Of a stretch of 57,688 nucleotides of DNA, positions 12,494 to 25,379 are shown piece after piece. The position numbers and the translations under genes were made by a program. The stretch's first letter is position 1; every line of letters begins with the position of its first letter. The DNA is from Octopus bimaculoides (taxonomy: Eukaryota): contig NC_068991.1 of assembly GCF_001194135.2 (NCBI RefSeq), positions 9,219,858 to 9,277,545 on the forward strand, given 5' to 3'. The notes under the pieces are model-generated. The model was not told the origin of the DNA, made no database searches, and saw only the letters and a program-made list of their open reading frames with translations.

Positions 12494-13321
12494 TTCATTA
12501 CGTATGAGATGGTGTGAGAAAATGGCTAAGTAGTAGTTATTCAAGAGAAGATAAGAAATACAGAGTGAAGTGGAGGAATAAAAACAGACATGCATATATA
12601 TATATACATGTCTATGTGTGTGTGTGTGAGTGATTGTGTCTTTTTGNNNNNNNNNNATATATATGTATGTAAGTATGTATGTTGTGTAAGTATAGAGTAT
12701 TGTGTGTATGCATGTGTGCATGCAATTTCAAAATTGCGTGATCTTTTAGTGTCATGTATCTTTGTGTCAGTACGTGTGCGCTTCTCTGCTTCTTTTGTTT
12801 CCGTGTGTATGCGTTTGAGTTAACGCTGCTCTGACAACCTAAATGTCTGAATGTCTTTCTGTGTATTTTTTTTATTTGAGTGTGGTTCCGTCAGTATTTA
12901 TCCAAGAGAGTTTTTATGTATGTTTGTGTATATACGAGAAGACAGAAGAAGGTGAAGAGAATCGTGATTTTGAAGACAGATGGGTTTTTAAGAGAATAAA
13001 TTATTGATACAGAAGAGCAACTATAAACAGACGTTGAATGATGTAAATGAAAAACACGGAGACAGTTTCACACAAAGATATTAACACACAATGAAACACA
13101 ACTCACACCAATACACACACACACACAAATACTGGCACACATGCACGTACATTCACACACAGGCACACACAAACAAACACACAAGGGTTAATACAGCCCA
13201 AATCGAAGAAAGATGTGAATGCACAGAAATGCGTGATGGAATGGCTAGTTTCAGTCATTGTAGAAACACACATAAAACCTCGGTGTATGCAGTGAAAAGA
13301 GCATTAAATCAAATTAGCCAT

Positions 13322-13980
13322 CTGTGTATCATACTTGATCTATACACATCACTAAAAAGCTCGATTCTGTGGTTTTTGATTGAGAGAAAATTTTTTTCAT
13401 AGCGTGTGTTAAAAGCAATATATATGCCGGTGTGACACGAACATCCTTTCACCAATGACCTACGACATAGACTTAAGAAGGTCAAACATATCTGTCTTTC
13501 TCTTGAGTCAATACTAAGATGATGTTCGCTTCGCTCCGATATATATTTTGTTTTTAACACATGTATATGAAGAAATTTTCTCTTAGACAAGAACATAGCA
13601 TCGTTTCTCTTAGACAAAAATACAGTAGTGTGTCATACGTTAAGTGTGATATATAGACAGCTACTTTAATTTAATGCTGTTTCATATGCTTACACCGAGT
13701 TTATTACGGCCTGGCATGCTTTCCGTAATATCAGTGAAAGTATTACTGTTCCTTGTCTGTCGGAAGAACATATTTAGTTTAGGCTTATGACAGGCGGTTA
13801 TATGTCATTGACAAAGCGGAAGCGTATCTGGTATTCTTGTACATCAATGCTGAAATAATGTTCGCCTCTCCCCGATATGTATTGTGCTTTTAAAACGTGA
13901 CCATGAAGAGATTTTCTCTGAGCCAAAAATCGCAGTATCTTGCATTTCAGTGAAGTATAGACCTTAAGTATGATACACAA
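13322..13980. mobile_element. Old foldback/MITE-like element: three diverged copies of a 100-170 bp unit (+, -, -)
   Basis: 13322-13456 (+) aligns at roughly 70% by eye to the reverse complement of about 13840-13980 and about 13510-13592 (shared AGAGAAAAT..TTCAT..TTAAAA..CGAACAT). Confidence 0.7.
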
Positions 13981-14958
13981 AATCAATTAAATTCACTTCT
14001 CATTTATTTCTTGAAGTGTTAAAATTTTTGTCGCATAGCAACGATTACACAATAGGGATTCTTAAGCGGATCCCTATTGTGTATGTTATCTGTATAAGGA
14101 ATCATCTTCCTTTCTTCCCATCAAGACAGGGGTGCTCTGATAAAAATTTGGGAGATGTCCTTCCTCATCTCACTAAGCGATAAAAAAATTATGTACATAC
14201 AATGAATAAATTGTTTTCGATGATGAGTATTCTAGCTGTTCGATCAACTCAAACAGCTTACTCATTTAATTATAATATATATATTTGATTATTCCACAGA
14301 TATATGTTCTATTAACACAATCCTTGTGCAGAACCGGCGTGGGAGGAATGCTCCTGTGTGTAATACGAATTCCCCTTCGAATCACCGACTTCCATACCAT
14401 GTTATTCTGCCCAATTTTCACACCCCGCAGCTCTACTGTCGACGTGACGCTACAATAGAAGATTCTTGCCTAAGATGTTGTACAGTGAAATCAGTGCCTA
14501 GAACTCATGATTAGGAAGCGAAATTCTTTAACCATTCAGCTATATATACTCACACACGCACACACGCACACACACGCAACCACACTGAATCGGTTCCTAA
14601 TCTTAAATAGAGGCATCTCGATAGGGCGTGGGCCTCACTAAGATAAGCTTTCGAAAAACGTGGTGCTGACGGTGTAATTAGCTGTCAAATGCGTGACTTA
14701 ATATTAATGATTTGCATTGTACACACCATTTTATCTGGACGATAAACACGGGGATTTCCGCTAAATACCTTACATGTGTAGCAGCGTATACAAGTTCATT
14801 GATGTTACAAATAGCCAAACGCAGAATAGCTTCGAATTTCCCCCGGTAGATATATGTGTGAGTGTGCATGCGTATGTGTGAGTGTGCATGCGTATATGTG
14901 TGTATGTGTTTGAGTATTAAACTATATTATATTACGTTATATATTATATATGTATATA

Positions 14959-15175
14959 CGAGTGGTTGCTGAAGAGTTCCTGGCTTTGCGTAAAAGAAAA
15001 TACAGGAGGATCAGTTAATTATGATTCCATTCAACATATTCTCCTCTCAGATTCACACACTTATTGCAGCGGTCCTTCAGTTTTTCTAAGCCCTGCAAAC
15101 GAACTCGGAAGGCCGACCCTCCAGCCAGGCCTTTCACGACACCCTTAAAGCCATGAACTTTTGAGCATCCTCTCG
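14959..15175 (-). mobile_element. Mariner deletion derivative (MITE) with TIRs and TA target-site duplication
   Basis: TA-CGAGTGGTTGCTGAAGAGTTCCTGGCTTT ... AAAGCCATGAACTTTTGAGCATCCTCTCG-TA (5 mismatches in 31 nt); the interior encodes the mariner C-terminus LEKLKDRCNKCVNLRGEYVE on the minus strand. Confidence 0.9.
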
Positions 15176-15410
15176 TATATGTGTATATATATTTGCGCGT
15201 GCGTATGTTTATGTAACTATGTATATGTAGATATATATGTATATGTGTGGGTGTGTATGCGTGCGCATGCGTGTACGTGAATGGCAATCATTATTTTCAC
15301 TCTTCCTGTATATAAGTTTTCTTATATACTCCATTTCATTTTCTATATATCAACGTCTTTTACAAAGAAGTCATGTGATTAGACTATTTTCTCTCAAATC
15401 AGCCTCACTA

Positions 15411-15464
<54 letters not shown>

Positions 15465-15999
15465 TTTTTCTTGTTTTGCTTCTCACGCCTACCCCGTTAT
15501 CGTCTACACCTTTGTTAACAACATATCCAACTGGGAATGTTTATACTGACTTAAATAATAATAATATTACTACTGACAATGTTCGTTTCTAATATAGCCA
15601 TAGAGCTACAAATAGTTTTTTTTTTTTTTGAGTAGNNNNNNNNNNNNNNNNNNNNNNNNNNNNNNNNNNNNNNNNNNNNNNNNNNNNNNNNNNNNNNNNN
15701 NNNNNNNNNNNNNNNNNNNNNNNNNNNNNNNNNNNNNNNNNNNNNNNNNNNNNNNNNNNNNNNNNNNNNNNNNNNNNNNNNNNNNNNNNNNNNNNNNNNN
15801 NNNNNNNNNNNNNNNNNNNNNNNNNNNNNNNNNNNNNNNNNNNNNNNNNNNNNNNNNNNNNGGATAATCAATTAAATTATCCGCACTATTTTGCCTGTAC
15901 TTTATTTTAACGAACTCGGCAGGAAAGTTGTCGTTGACGGAATTTAAACCTAGTACGTAGAAAACGAAGTCCGACGCTCTAATGATTCTTCCAGTTCAC

Positions 16000-16052
<53 letters not shown>

Positions 16053-16119
16053 GTGATGATTTAGTTTCTTTTTTATTATTGTCGTTATTTCAGCAACCAG
16101 CTGGGGGAATCATTAGCTG

Positions 16120-16295
16120 AAGGAATCATAAGCTGGAGCAGTCGTGGCGAGCAAAATGCTCAGCGGCTCTTTAGGTTCTGAGTAAAAATTCCTGCCTTTT
16201 ATTCTTTCGTGGGTTGACAAAATTATGTACCAATCAAGTTCTGGGTATCAGTGTTATCTATTTACTGCTTCCTCTAACATTGCTGGCGCTGTGTC
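16120..16295 (+). mobile_element. SINE family A, highly diverged copy
   Basis: AAATGCTCAGCGG..GTTCTGAG..TGCCTTTTATTCTTTCG..GTACCA..TTGCTGGC collinear with family A. Confidence 0.55.
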
Positions 16296-16316
16296 AGGAT
16301 ATAGATCGTTTTTAAT

Positions 16317-16547
16317 GGCGGCGAGCTGGCAGAAACGTTAGTGCTTCGGACGAAATGCCAAGCGGTATTTCTTCTGCCGCTACGTTCTGAGTTCAAATTC
16401 CGCCGAGGTCGACTTTGCCTTTCATCCTTTCGGGGTCTATAAATTAAGTACCAGTTACGCCCTGGGGTCGATATAATCGACTTAATCCGTTTGTCTGTCC
16501 TTGTTTGTCCCCTCTGTGTGTAGCCCCTTGTGGGCAGTAAAGAAATA
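16317..16547 (+). mobile_element. SINE family A, full length and well preserved
   Basis: GGCGGCGAGCTGGCAGAAACGTTAG ... GAGTTCAAATTCCGCCGAGGTCGACTTTGCC ... GTAAAGAAATA; highly similar to 3275-3508. Confidence 0.92.
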
Positions 16548-16592
16548 GGTATTTCTCCTGCTCTTTAAGTTCCGAGTTCAAATTCCGCCTTG

Positions 16593-16632
<40 letters not shown>

Positions 16633-16835
16633 CTGTTGCTGCTGCTGCTGTGCAACACTAAGTCAAGGTCTGATCGAGCTATACCTCAAGTCTTGCAGAT
16701 ATTCGGAGGAACGACAAGATGCGAACTACAGTAGGACTGAACCCGAAATCACCTGTTTCTTAAGCTGAAGTTNNNNNNNNNNNNNNNNNNNNNNNNNNNN
16801 NNNNNNNNNNNNNNNNNNNNNNNNNNNNNNNNNNN

Positions 16836-16906
<71 letters not shown>

Positions 16907-17402
16907 TTTTAATACAAATGGTAAATAGTTTTTATATGAAAATATTATGGAACTTTTACCAAACAGAATTCTGGGTGGCATCAACATTTTTGCGAAGATT
17001 ATCTCCATTCGTGAAATAACTAAATGAGAGATAAACTGAAATAAATGACATGCCTTTACAAATTAACATAATCACCCGGTGCTCAGTGTTTAGAAATGTA
17101 TGAGTGCGCTTGTACTAAAAAGTGTACAGAATCTGCAACATGTTTGTGTACGTGGAAGTAGTGTTAACATTTTTTGTACGTATTTCTTTTACCTTGCTTG
17201 TTAAAGCTCTCGGCATTAAAAAAATGCTAACTAGCAAATATTTATATACGCATACAAAATAATATATACAAAGACATAACGGTTAAATGCTGTTAGGCGT
17301 TTATAAATAACATATACACTATACAAATAAGCATCATACTATATATATACTATATACTCAAACACAATTCTATGGCCTTACAAATGCTACATACATCTGT
17401 AT

Positions 17403-17682
17403 TTTTTATCTTTTACTTGTTACAGTCATTAGACTGAGGTCATGCTGGGACGCTACTTTGAAGAATTGTTTTAGTCGAACGGTTCGATCTCAGTGCTTAT
17501 TTTTTAAAGCCTAGTATATTTTCTATCGGATGCTTTTTGTCGAACCGCTAACAACACCAGGGCCTAAACACACAAACACCGGTTGTCAAGCGCCTATATG
17601 AGAGGATCTCTCAACGTTATAACGCAATATTCGGTGTTCTAACAAGGTATCCATATTTAGTGGGACACACACACACACACAC

Positions 17683-17732
<50 letters not shown>

Positions 17733-17860
17733 TTATATATACGACGAGCTTCTTTCAGTTTCCATCTATGAAATCCACTCACAGAACTTTATTCGGCCCG
17801 AAACTATAGTACAAGACACTTGCCCTAGATGTTACGTAGCGGTGGCGAACCCAGAACCAC
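17403..17860 (-). mobile_element. tRNA-derived SINE, family B, with internal (AC)n and a ~65-bp insertion
   Basis: TTTTACTTGTTACAGTCATTAGACTG tail, CCGGTTGTCAAGCG, GCTTCTTTCAGTTTCC, TATAGTACAAGACACTTGCCC; insertion at about 17595-17660. Confidence 0.8.
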
Positions 17861-18984
17861 ACTCACCCCCACACTCACACACAGAGTCANNNNNNNNNNN
17901 NNNNNNNNNNNNNNNNNNNNNNNNNNNNNNNNNNNNNNNNNNNNNNNNNNNNNNNNNNNNNNNNNNNNNNNNNNNNNNNNNNNNNNNNNNNNNNNNNNNN
18001 NNNNNNNNNNNNNNNNNNNNNNNNNNNNNNNNNNNNNNNNNNNNNNNNNNNNNNNNNNNNNNNNNNNNNNNNNNNNNNNNNNNNNNNNTGTATATATATA
18101 TATATATATACATACATACATACATACATACATACATACGTATATACATACATACACAAACACACAAACATATGTATGTGTATGTGTGTGTATGTATTCA
18201 TGCATATATGTATGTCTGCATTTATGCATGAAATTTTTCGGTTTACTTCTACTTTGCAGATTAACTACAGTGCAGTTAATGTTCAATGTCAATTGCATTC
18301 CTTTCGGTTTTGCAATAGCACGGAGCTATGTTTTACGTTAAGTTAACAATAACATCGTATCGTATAATAATAGTAAAGATATCAACCCGTCTTTCCCAAG
18401 CTATCCGTTCCACTAATACTCTAAGAATACATGCTCATATACATACACACACACATACTTACATATATACATACATATATACATACGTATATACATGCAT
18501 ACTTACATATGTACATTACTTACAAAGATTTATTTCTTTTATCTTCCTCCATATCAGCCAGCATGCCGTCCTACTTCAGCGAGATGAGTCTTTGCAGACC
18601 TTCCAGAATTTATCATCAATTTACTTCATTACTTTAGAATCTACCAAGTCACACAATCCATTCAGCACTTCATTTATACAGCTATCGTTAACACCCATCC
18701 TTTCCCCTGTAAGTTATCACCGAAATCTCCTTTTCACATCCGCACATACACGTTTATGTATGTATGGATGAGGCGGATGGATGGATGGATGGATGGATGG
18801 ATGGATCTATATATACACTGACACACACATATATATATATATGTATAAAGCACTATGTGTTTGTGTGTGGTGCTGGTACTGATATTCATGTCTGTGTCCT
18901 ATCGTGACTTCAGCATGGCTACAGTACGGCCACAGCATGTCCACAGCCTTTCGGTTGGAATACATAAAGTAATGAAGGAATTAC

Positions 18985-19032
<48 letters not shown>

Positions 19033-19194
19033 TTCACACATTCACAGACATAAATACGTACGTATATGCATACATACATACCTACATACACATATACATA
19101 CACACACACACACACACACATACATACATACATACATACATACATACATACATACATACATACATACATACATACTGTACAAACAAACAAAAGG

Positions 19195-19840
19195 CATCGA
19201 AACAATATGACTTGAACAAATCTGCCGCTGGAGACCTGGCTCGAAAGTTTGAAATAAACATAGAGGGCGCTTTCTTACCTTTCTGTCGGCTCTAGACGGA
19301 TGACACCGATGAATTTTATAGGTCTTTCAAAGAAATAAGAAATGAAATAACAGAAGATATTGCTGTCTTGAATTCTGAACTATAATTGATAGAGCTTTCT
19401 TCAGAAACAGAGACAGCTTATGGAGAGAAAAGAAAGGTAGAGCTGTAAAATTCAATAAACCACTCGACTGGTAAAAAAAGAAGAACTGTGAAAGCAATCA
19501 CGCCGACGGTGAAATTACAAAAATTGTTAGAAGCTGACTTCAAGAACAATTAATAGCCAGACTCTTTTGATGTCAGCCTGTGAAAGAAGAGGAAAGCATA
19601 ACTGTAATAAAAACAATAGAAATAGTTACATAAATACAAATGTAGCTGAGATATTTCAATGCTGGAGACATCATTTTTCGCAATGACTTTACACTAATCC
19701 CCCGCGTAACATGGAAATAGTGTTAGAAATCTTGGATAGACCGTGTGATGCGGATACTCGCGATCCAGCATTGATGCGACGGTGCTGAAGTTCTAAAGGT
19801 TGGATGATGGTAAATGGTTGATATGTTACGCAATATCTAC
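19195..19840 (+). mobile_element. RTE-clade LINE fragment (EN-RT linker to start of RT), decayed
   Basis: KQYDLNKSAAGDLARKFEINIEGAFLPFCRL*TDDTDEFYRSFKEIRNEITE, and later AEVLKVG..MVDMLRNIY, resemble RTE linker and pre-RT motifs; multiple stops. Confidence 0.65.
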
Positions 19841-19856
19841 ATACAACCAAAGCATC

Positions 19857-20066
19857 GAGATGGCATAATCGTTACAACGCCGGGAAAAATGCTCAGTCGC
19901 ATTTCTTCCGATTTTATGTTCTGAGTTCAAATGTCGCCGAGGCCGACTTTGCCTTTCATCCTGTCGAGGGTCGATGGAATAAGTACCAGTTGAGCACTAT
20001 GGTCGATATAATCGACTTACCCCTTCCCTCGAGATTGCTGGCCTTGTGCTAAAATTTGAAATTAAT
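19857..20066 (+). mobile_element. SINE family A copy
   Basis: GTTCTGAGTTCAAATGTCGCCGAGGCCGACTTTGCCTTTCATCC...GATTGCTGGCCTTGTGCTAAAATTTGAAA. Confidence 0.85.
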
Positions 20067-20184
20067 ATCTACGTAGAAGCGAAAACAGAACGCACACAAA
20101 AAGAGATCCCCGTACGCGCTTATGTGTGCACGTATGTATGTATGTGTGTATGTATTATGTAAGTGGCAATTAAGTGGTAATTAA

Positions 20185-20500
20185 GCCATAGCTTGGACTC
20201 TCAGAGGTGCTACGACTACGGGTCAGAGAAAACCTGGGAACAATAGTAGTTAAGAAGTGGTTTCACGCTTCTCAAAAGCCAGGATCTTCAGCACCATGGC
20301 CAGCATCCTGAAAACGGGGCTCGTAGCACTTGTTGTACCAGACCAATACAAGTTTGAAAGACGAAAGAGTGGGGCTGGTTCTGTACAAATCATACCCAAT
20401 ATGACGAAATTCAGGTTGTCCGGCAAATCAAGACACCAGCATCAACGCCACAACGCTTTGTTCATAAGTCTAGTAGCGATAACACTGTGCAGCTGTGTTT
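20185..20500 (+). mobile_element. Possible decayed LINE apurinic endonuclease fragment
   Basis: LGLSEV(L)R and FERRKSGAGSV resemble the GLSEVR and ERRxxGVGF motifs across frameshifts; weak. Confidence 0.3.
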
Positions 20501-20896
20501 TGCTTAACCATCATTTGTTGAAGCGTTCGACATAATCCACCACCACCTATGTATGTATGTATGTATTTATTGCATATATATTTGTGTATGTATATATGTA
20601 TCTATGTATGTGTTGTATGTATGAATGTATGTATGCTATGTACCAGACAGGTGCGTGTCTGTAAGATCTCGACAGTTCATACCTTTCATTTAAACCGAAT
20701 GAGTCTGAAATATGATAAGAAGCTTCGCACTAAAGTGCAATTTCCAAACGATTTCGAGCTAAATTAGCCTTGCGTATATGGAAGCATGTTCAAGAATAAA
20801 TCCTTTGACCAGGCTTGGTTCTTTGGAAAACTAACTTACCAGTCCATATCTTTATACTTCAGTCCATGAGACTAGCAGTTCACTGGGGCTATATAT

Positions 20897-21293
20897 TCTT
20901 TTATTTGTTTCAGTCATTTGACTCCGGCTATGCTGGAGCACCGCCTTTAGTCAAGCAAATCGATCCCAGGACATATTTTTTGTAAACCTAGTACTTATTC
21001 TATCGGTTTCTTTTTCCGAACCGCTAAGTTACGGGAACGTAAACACACCAGCATCGGTTGTCAAGCAACGGTGGGGAGACAAACACAGACACACAAACAT
21101 TTGCACATATATATATATATATATATGTATAAATACGACGGGCTTCTTTCAATTTCCGTCTTCCAAATTCACTCACAAGGCTTTGGTCAGCCTGAGGCTA
21201 TAGTAGAAGACACTTTCCCAATGTGACACGCAGTAGGGCTGGACCTGGGGCCATGTGGTTGGTAAGCAAGCTACTTACCACACAGCCACCCCT
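20897..21293 (-). mobile_element. SINE family B, full length
   Basis: Reverse complement reads GGTGGCTGTGTGGTAAGTAGCTTGCTTACCAACCACATGG (A box) ... AGTGTCTTCTACTATAGCC ... (AT)n/(TG)n ... GACTAAAGGCGGTGCTCCAGCAT ... GACTGAAACAAATAAAAGA. Confidence 0.92.
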
Positions 21294-21845
21294 GGTAATA
21301 TTTCAACAGAAACTTATACTCAAACTTAAATTTCATAAGCCGACACACAAACAATAGCCAGGATCTGTCCCATAATCAAGAACTTTTATATACAAAAATG
21401 TGCATATACTTACTTTTAAGGCTGTCTTGCAGGATGTAGTTAAGATATGGGAGCGGTGGGGTGGGATGACACCCCCACCCCCATCCTGCACTCCACTTAA
21501 GCAACAGATTAATCGCATCCTGGTATTCACGCTCATGATTTTACTAAGAGTACATCACGAATTCCAGAATTTACAGCTGTGAAAATTTGACTTCTTAATT
21601 ACGAACTGACAAACTTAATTATGTAACATCATCATGACGTCGAATACAGATACATTGGCAGAGAGGACTATTCATTCCCACGGATAATGAATATTGTTCC
21701 TATAACTTTTGGCATTAATATAAGCTTAGTAAAAGAAATGGTAATCTTCTTTAGTAAATGCAGAGAAACAACCTTTTTTGAAATGATCATAGCAGTAATC
21801 AAACAGTGAAATACATATCACGTGGAAAATAATTATACATACACC

Positions 21846-22062
21846 ATGGCGACGAAAGAACCCGGATTAAGCTATCGCAGATCGCGAAACTATCGAGAAA
21901 AATTCCAGTGGACTTTTGAACTGAAATAAGACCTATACCAGTTTTGTAAGAAAGGCTTGGGAAGATCCTTCGATGAGTTACATGAAGAGATCTAAATAAT
22001 ATTGAGATAAGAAATACCGGACATTCTCAAATTTTTCAGAAAAACAATTACGCCAGCAAGCT
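21846..22062 (+). mobile_element. R4/Dong-like LINE N-terminal ORF remnant
   Basis: RRSRNYREKFQWTFELK*DLYQFCK, then AWEDPSMSYMKRSK*Y*DKKYRTFSNFSEKQLRQQA, matches the R.KWT..N..L..CY....GY..R....W.......EK.LR.QA pattern of this clade. Confidence 0.65.
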
Positions 22063-22152
22063 GTATGTATGTATGTATGTATGTATGTATATATGTATGT
22101 ATGTAGGTAGGTAGGTAGGTAGGTAGGTAGGTAGGTAGGTAGGTAGGTAGGT
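22063..22152. repeat. (TATG)n(GGTA)n tetranucleotide tract
   Basis: Direct reading. Confidence 0.95.
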
Positions 22153-23221
22153 ATAGCTACTTAGGCTACATAAATACTTGCATAATTTATATCTTTACAT
22201 CATAAGCCGTGATAGTTCTGTTTCCACACTCACACGAAATATTTGCAAAATCATGCTGGATTTAACACAAGACCCGTTTAACCAATGGGAAGTTCATGCG
22301 TCCGCCGTCTTGAATTTACCTTTGATTTTAGCGTATTCCCATGTATTCACTGAAACACTAGAGTAACAACTAATGGATCCCAGCCAAATAACCAAAAATG
22401 TTTTATATTATAGTACTTACAAATACACACAAACTATGTATATATATACATATATATATATATAGTATAGTAGAGAATAGTATGTTATGTATTAGGTTAT
22501 ATACTGTGGTAAGCTGCGTAAAATGCGTTCTACGAGTGATTAGGTAGCTAAGCGAGAAAATAAATTCCAATGGCTTCACGCAGGTATCAGAGGTGAAAAC
22601 ACGATTGTCAGTAGATGTAAAACAGAGGGAAATACTTGTGTCTAACTAACAACCACTGACAGAGGAGAGTATCGAGTTAAGCCTACATGAAGCTTGGCAT
22701 GAAGTTAATTACATATTTATCTATGCATACTTAATACACACAAGTTGTACAAGTTAGATCCATACACACAGGCAGGTCTGTACGTATCTATGTGTGTGTA
22801 TGTATGTATCTATATATATATATATATATATATATNNNNNNNNNNTCTTTTATTCTTTAATTTGTTTCAGTCGAACAAAACGATCTCAGGACTTATTCTT
22901 TGTAAGACTAGTACTTATTCTATTGGTCTCTTTTGCCGGTGACAGTGACTAAATTTCGGGCTGCTAGCCTTCGTCGAACTGGTGTTTTGTAAAATATATT
23001 CAGCAATTCTTCAGTTTAATGCTAAACTATTGTTATTATAGCTTAAAATAAAATTTAACATTTTTCTGTATATATATATATATTTATATATATATATATA
23101 TATATATCGCTTTTGCATTTAGTTTGCAAGATTCTTCATGTGAATTCGTATGTTCAAACAAATTATTAGCGTAATGACCCTTTCCAAGGCACAAGATGTA
23201 TGTATGTCTCTTCTACTTTTT

Positions 23222-23607
23222 AATTATTATAAATCTTCCACTGAGGAGGGACCCGGTTTCCAACAAAGATACAAGGCTCCATCTTTGGGATGTAGTTAAC
23301 ACAGAAAAATTCACATTTGGAACTTGAGAAAAGTCTTGCATATTTTTACTGTTCCACTCATAGATTGGACTTGTAATGTCCGAATCAGCCGGTCAATTTC
23401 TCTTTCTGAAAATCCCAGTTTATCCAAATTTCCCTTTAAGCATTTACTAACCAAATATAGCGCTCCAGTTATTACTGATGTGAATATAAATTCATAGTCC
23501 GGATATAGAAGCTAGAAGTTTCGAAGCAGTTGTCCATAGATATCCTTTTTTTCTTTGATTTTCAAAGAGATATTTATATCTGCACAGCAGGTAACCTCTA
23601 TGATGGT
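23222..23607 (-). mobile_element. R4/Dong-like LINE 3' end: restriction-like endonuclease C-terminus plus 3' UTR
   Basis: Single frame 23607-23311: TIIEVTCCADINISLKIKEKKDIYGQLLRNF*LLYPDYEFIFTSVITGALYLVSKCLKGNLDKLGFSEREIDRLIRTLQVQSMSGTVKICKTFLKFQM* (one internal stop); ends GAAGATTTATAATAATT. Confidence 0.85.
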
Positions 23608-23695
23608 ACATACCTTTGTATGTATGTATGTAGGTAGGTATGTAGGTAGGTAGGTAGGGAAGGTAGGTAGGTAGATAGTTAGGTATATATGTATA

Positions 23696-23752
<57 letters not shown>

Positions 23753-25147
23753 NNNNNNNNNNNNNNNNNNNNNNNNNNNNNNNNNNNNNNNNNNNNNNNN
23801 NNNNNNNNNNNNNNNNNNNNNNNNNNNNNNNNNNNNNNNNNNNNNNNNNNNNNNNNNNNNNNNNNNNNNNNNNNNNNNNNNNNNNNNNNNNNNNNNNNNN
23901 NNNNNNNNNNNNNNNNNNNNNNNNNNNNNNNNNNNNNNNNNNNNNNNNNNNNNNNNNNNNNNNNNNNNNNNNNNNNNNNNNNNNNNNNNNNNNNNNNNNN
24001 NNNNNNNNNNNNNNNNNNNNNNNNNNNNNNNNNNNNNNNNNNNNNNNNNNNNNNNNNNNNNNNNNNNNNNNNNNNNNNNNNNNNNNNNNNNNNNNNNNNN
24101 NNNNNNNNNNNNNNNNNNNNNNNNNNNNNNNNNNNNNNNNNNNNNNNNNNNNNNNNNNNNNNNNNNNNNNNNNNNNNNNNNNNNNNNNNNNNNNNNNNNN
24201 NNNNNNNNNNNNNNNNNNNNNNNNNNNNNNNNNNNNNNNNNNNNNNNNNNNNNNNNGATCACTCACGTCCATCTACGTGATCACTCACGTCTATCTACTT
24301 TAAAGTTGTACCATTAAACTTTTATAATTTTACCGTCAAAAACATTGTTGAGTATTGTACTTCATATCTGTAACTTTCCCTATTAAACCTACCGCATTAA
24401 TTTCTCCGCCTCTGGATTGAGCTCTCCAAAATCTAGTGAGATTCGAACTCTGCTTCTTCATTCCTTTAAAACTATATGGGACTTGTTTACAATTTCCCCT
24501 CGTTCATTCTACGATTAATTTATTTTCTATCTAGATTCGCTTTAATCTACAATTATACCTTAAATTTTAAATCCACTCAGATTGAAACCTTATGCATATT
24601 TTCTTTTCAATTCTGAGACATTTGTTTCCAATTTGACATACACTTACTACTATTTAATCAATCTCCATCTACAATCTCCATCCTTAATTAATATATCGTT
24701 AATTTCATTTAATTCTTATCGTTCACGTGCTATGATTATCCGTTATGCTTCCATTAGTCTTAAAACGTAAAGATTACTGTTCTTGTACAAAACCCTCTCC
24801 TTGTAGCATTATACATACGTTTGAATTATTATTCTTTATCAACGCCTACATAGGAATTTTTCTGATAATAATTATGAAATATCTCTGTTAGGGTTTTATT
24901 CATAATAATTTATAATGTTTGACAGAAATTACTGACACCAACGTGTTTAATTTAGGTTTGTTTTTTTTTTTTGTTTTTTTTGTCACAACACGCAGACATG
25001 GGTGTGTAATTATGGAGTTTGCTTTGGAATCCCGTGGTTTTGAGTTCAATCCCACAGTATGGAGCTTTGAGCATAGCGTACACGGAGAGCATCCCTAAAT
25101 AACAGAGATCTCTAAATAAGGACAATTTTAGAAAAGAATTCGTCAGG

Positions 25148-25325
25148 TACAGGTATGGCTGTGTGGTTAAAAAGCTCGCTTTAAAATCACGTGGTTTCGG
25201 GTTCAGTTCCGCTGTGTGGTTCCTTGGGCAAATGTCTTCCATAGCCCCTGCAATAGCAACTGGCAGATCAATGCCTTGTGAGCGAATTTGATAGATGGAA
25301 ACTGTTGGAAGCGTGTCGTATACAT

Positions 25326-25379
<54 letters not shown>

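Noticed and set aside
14326-14514. ORF after a TGCAG acceptor-like site
   Set aside because: No convincing donor and no recognisable peptide in any frame.
18562-18708. 147-nt plus-strand exon candidate with open frame and GTAAGT donor
   Set aside because: Peptide unrecognised, weak exonic donor context, and the opposite strand looks more like a decayed LINE 3' end.
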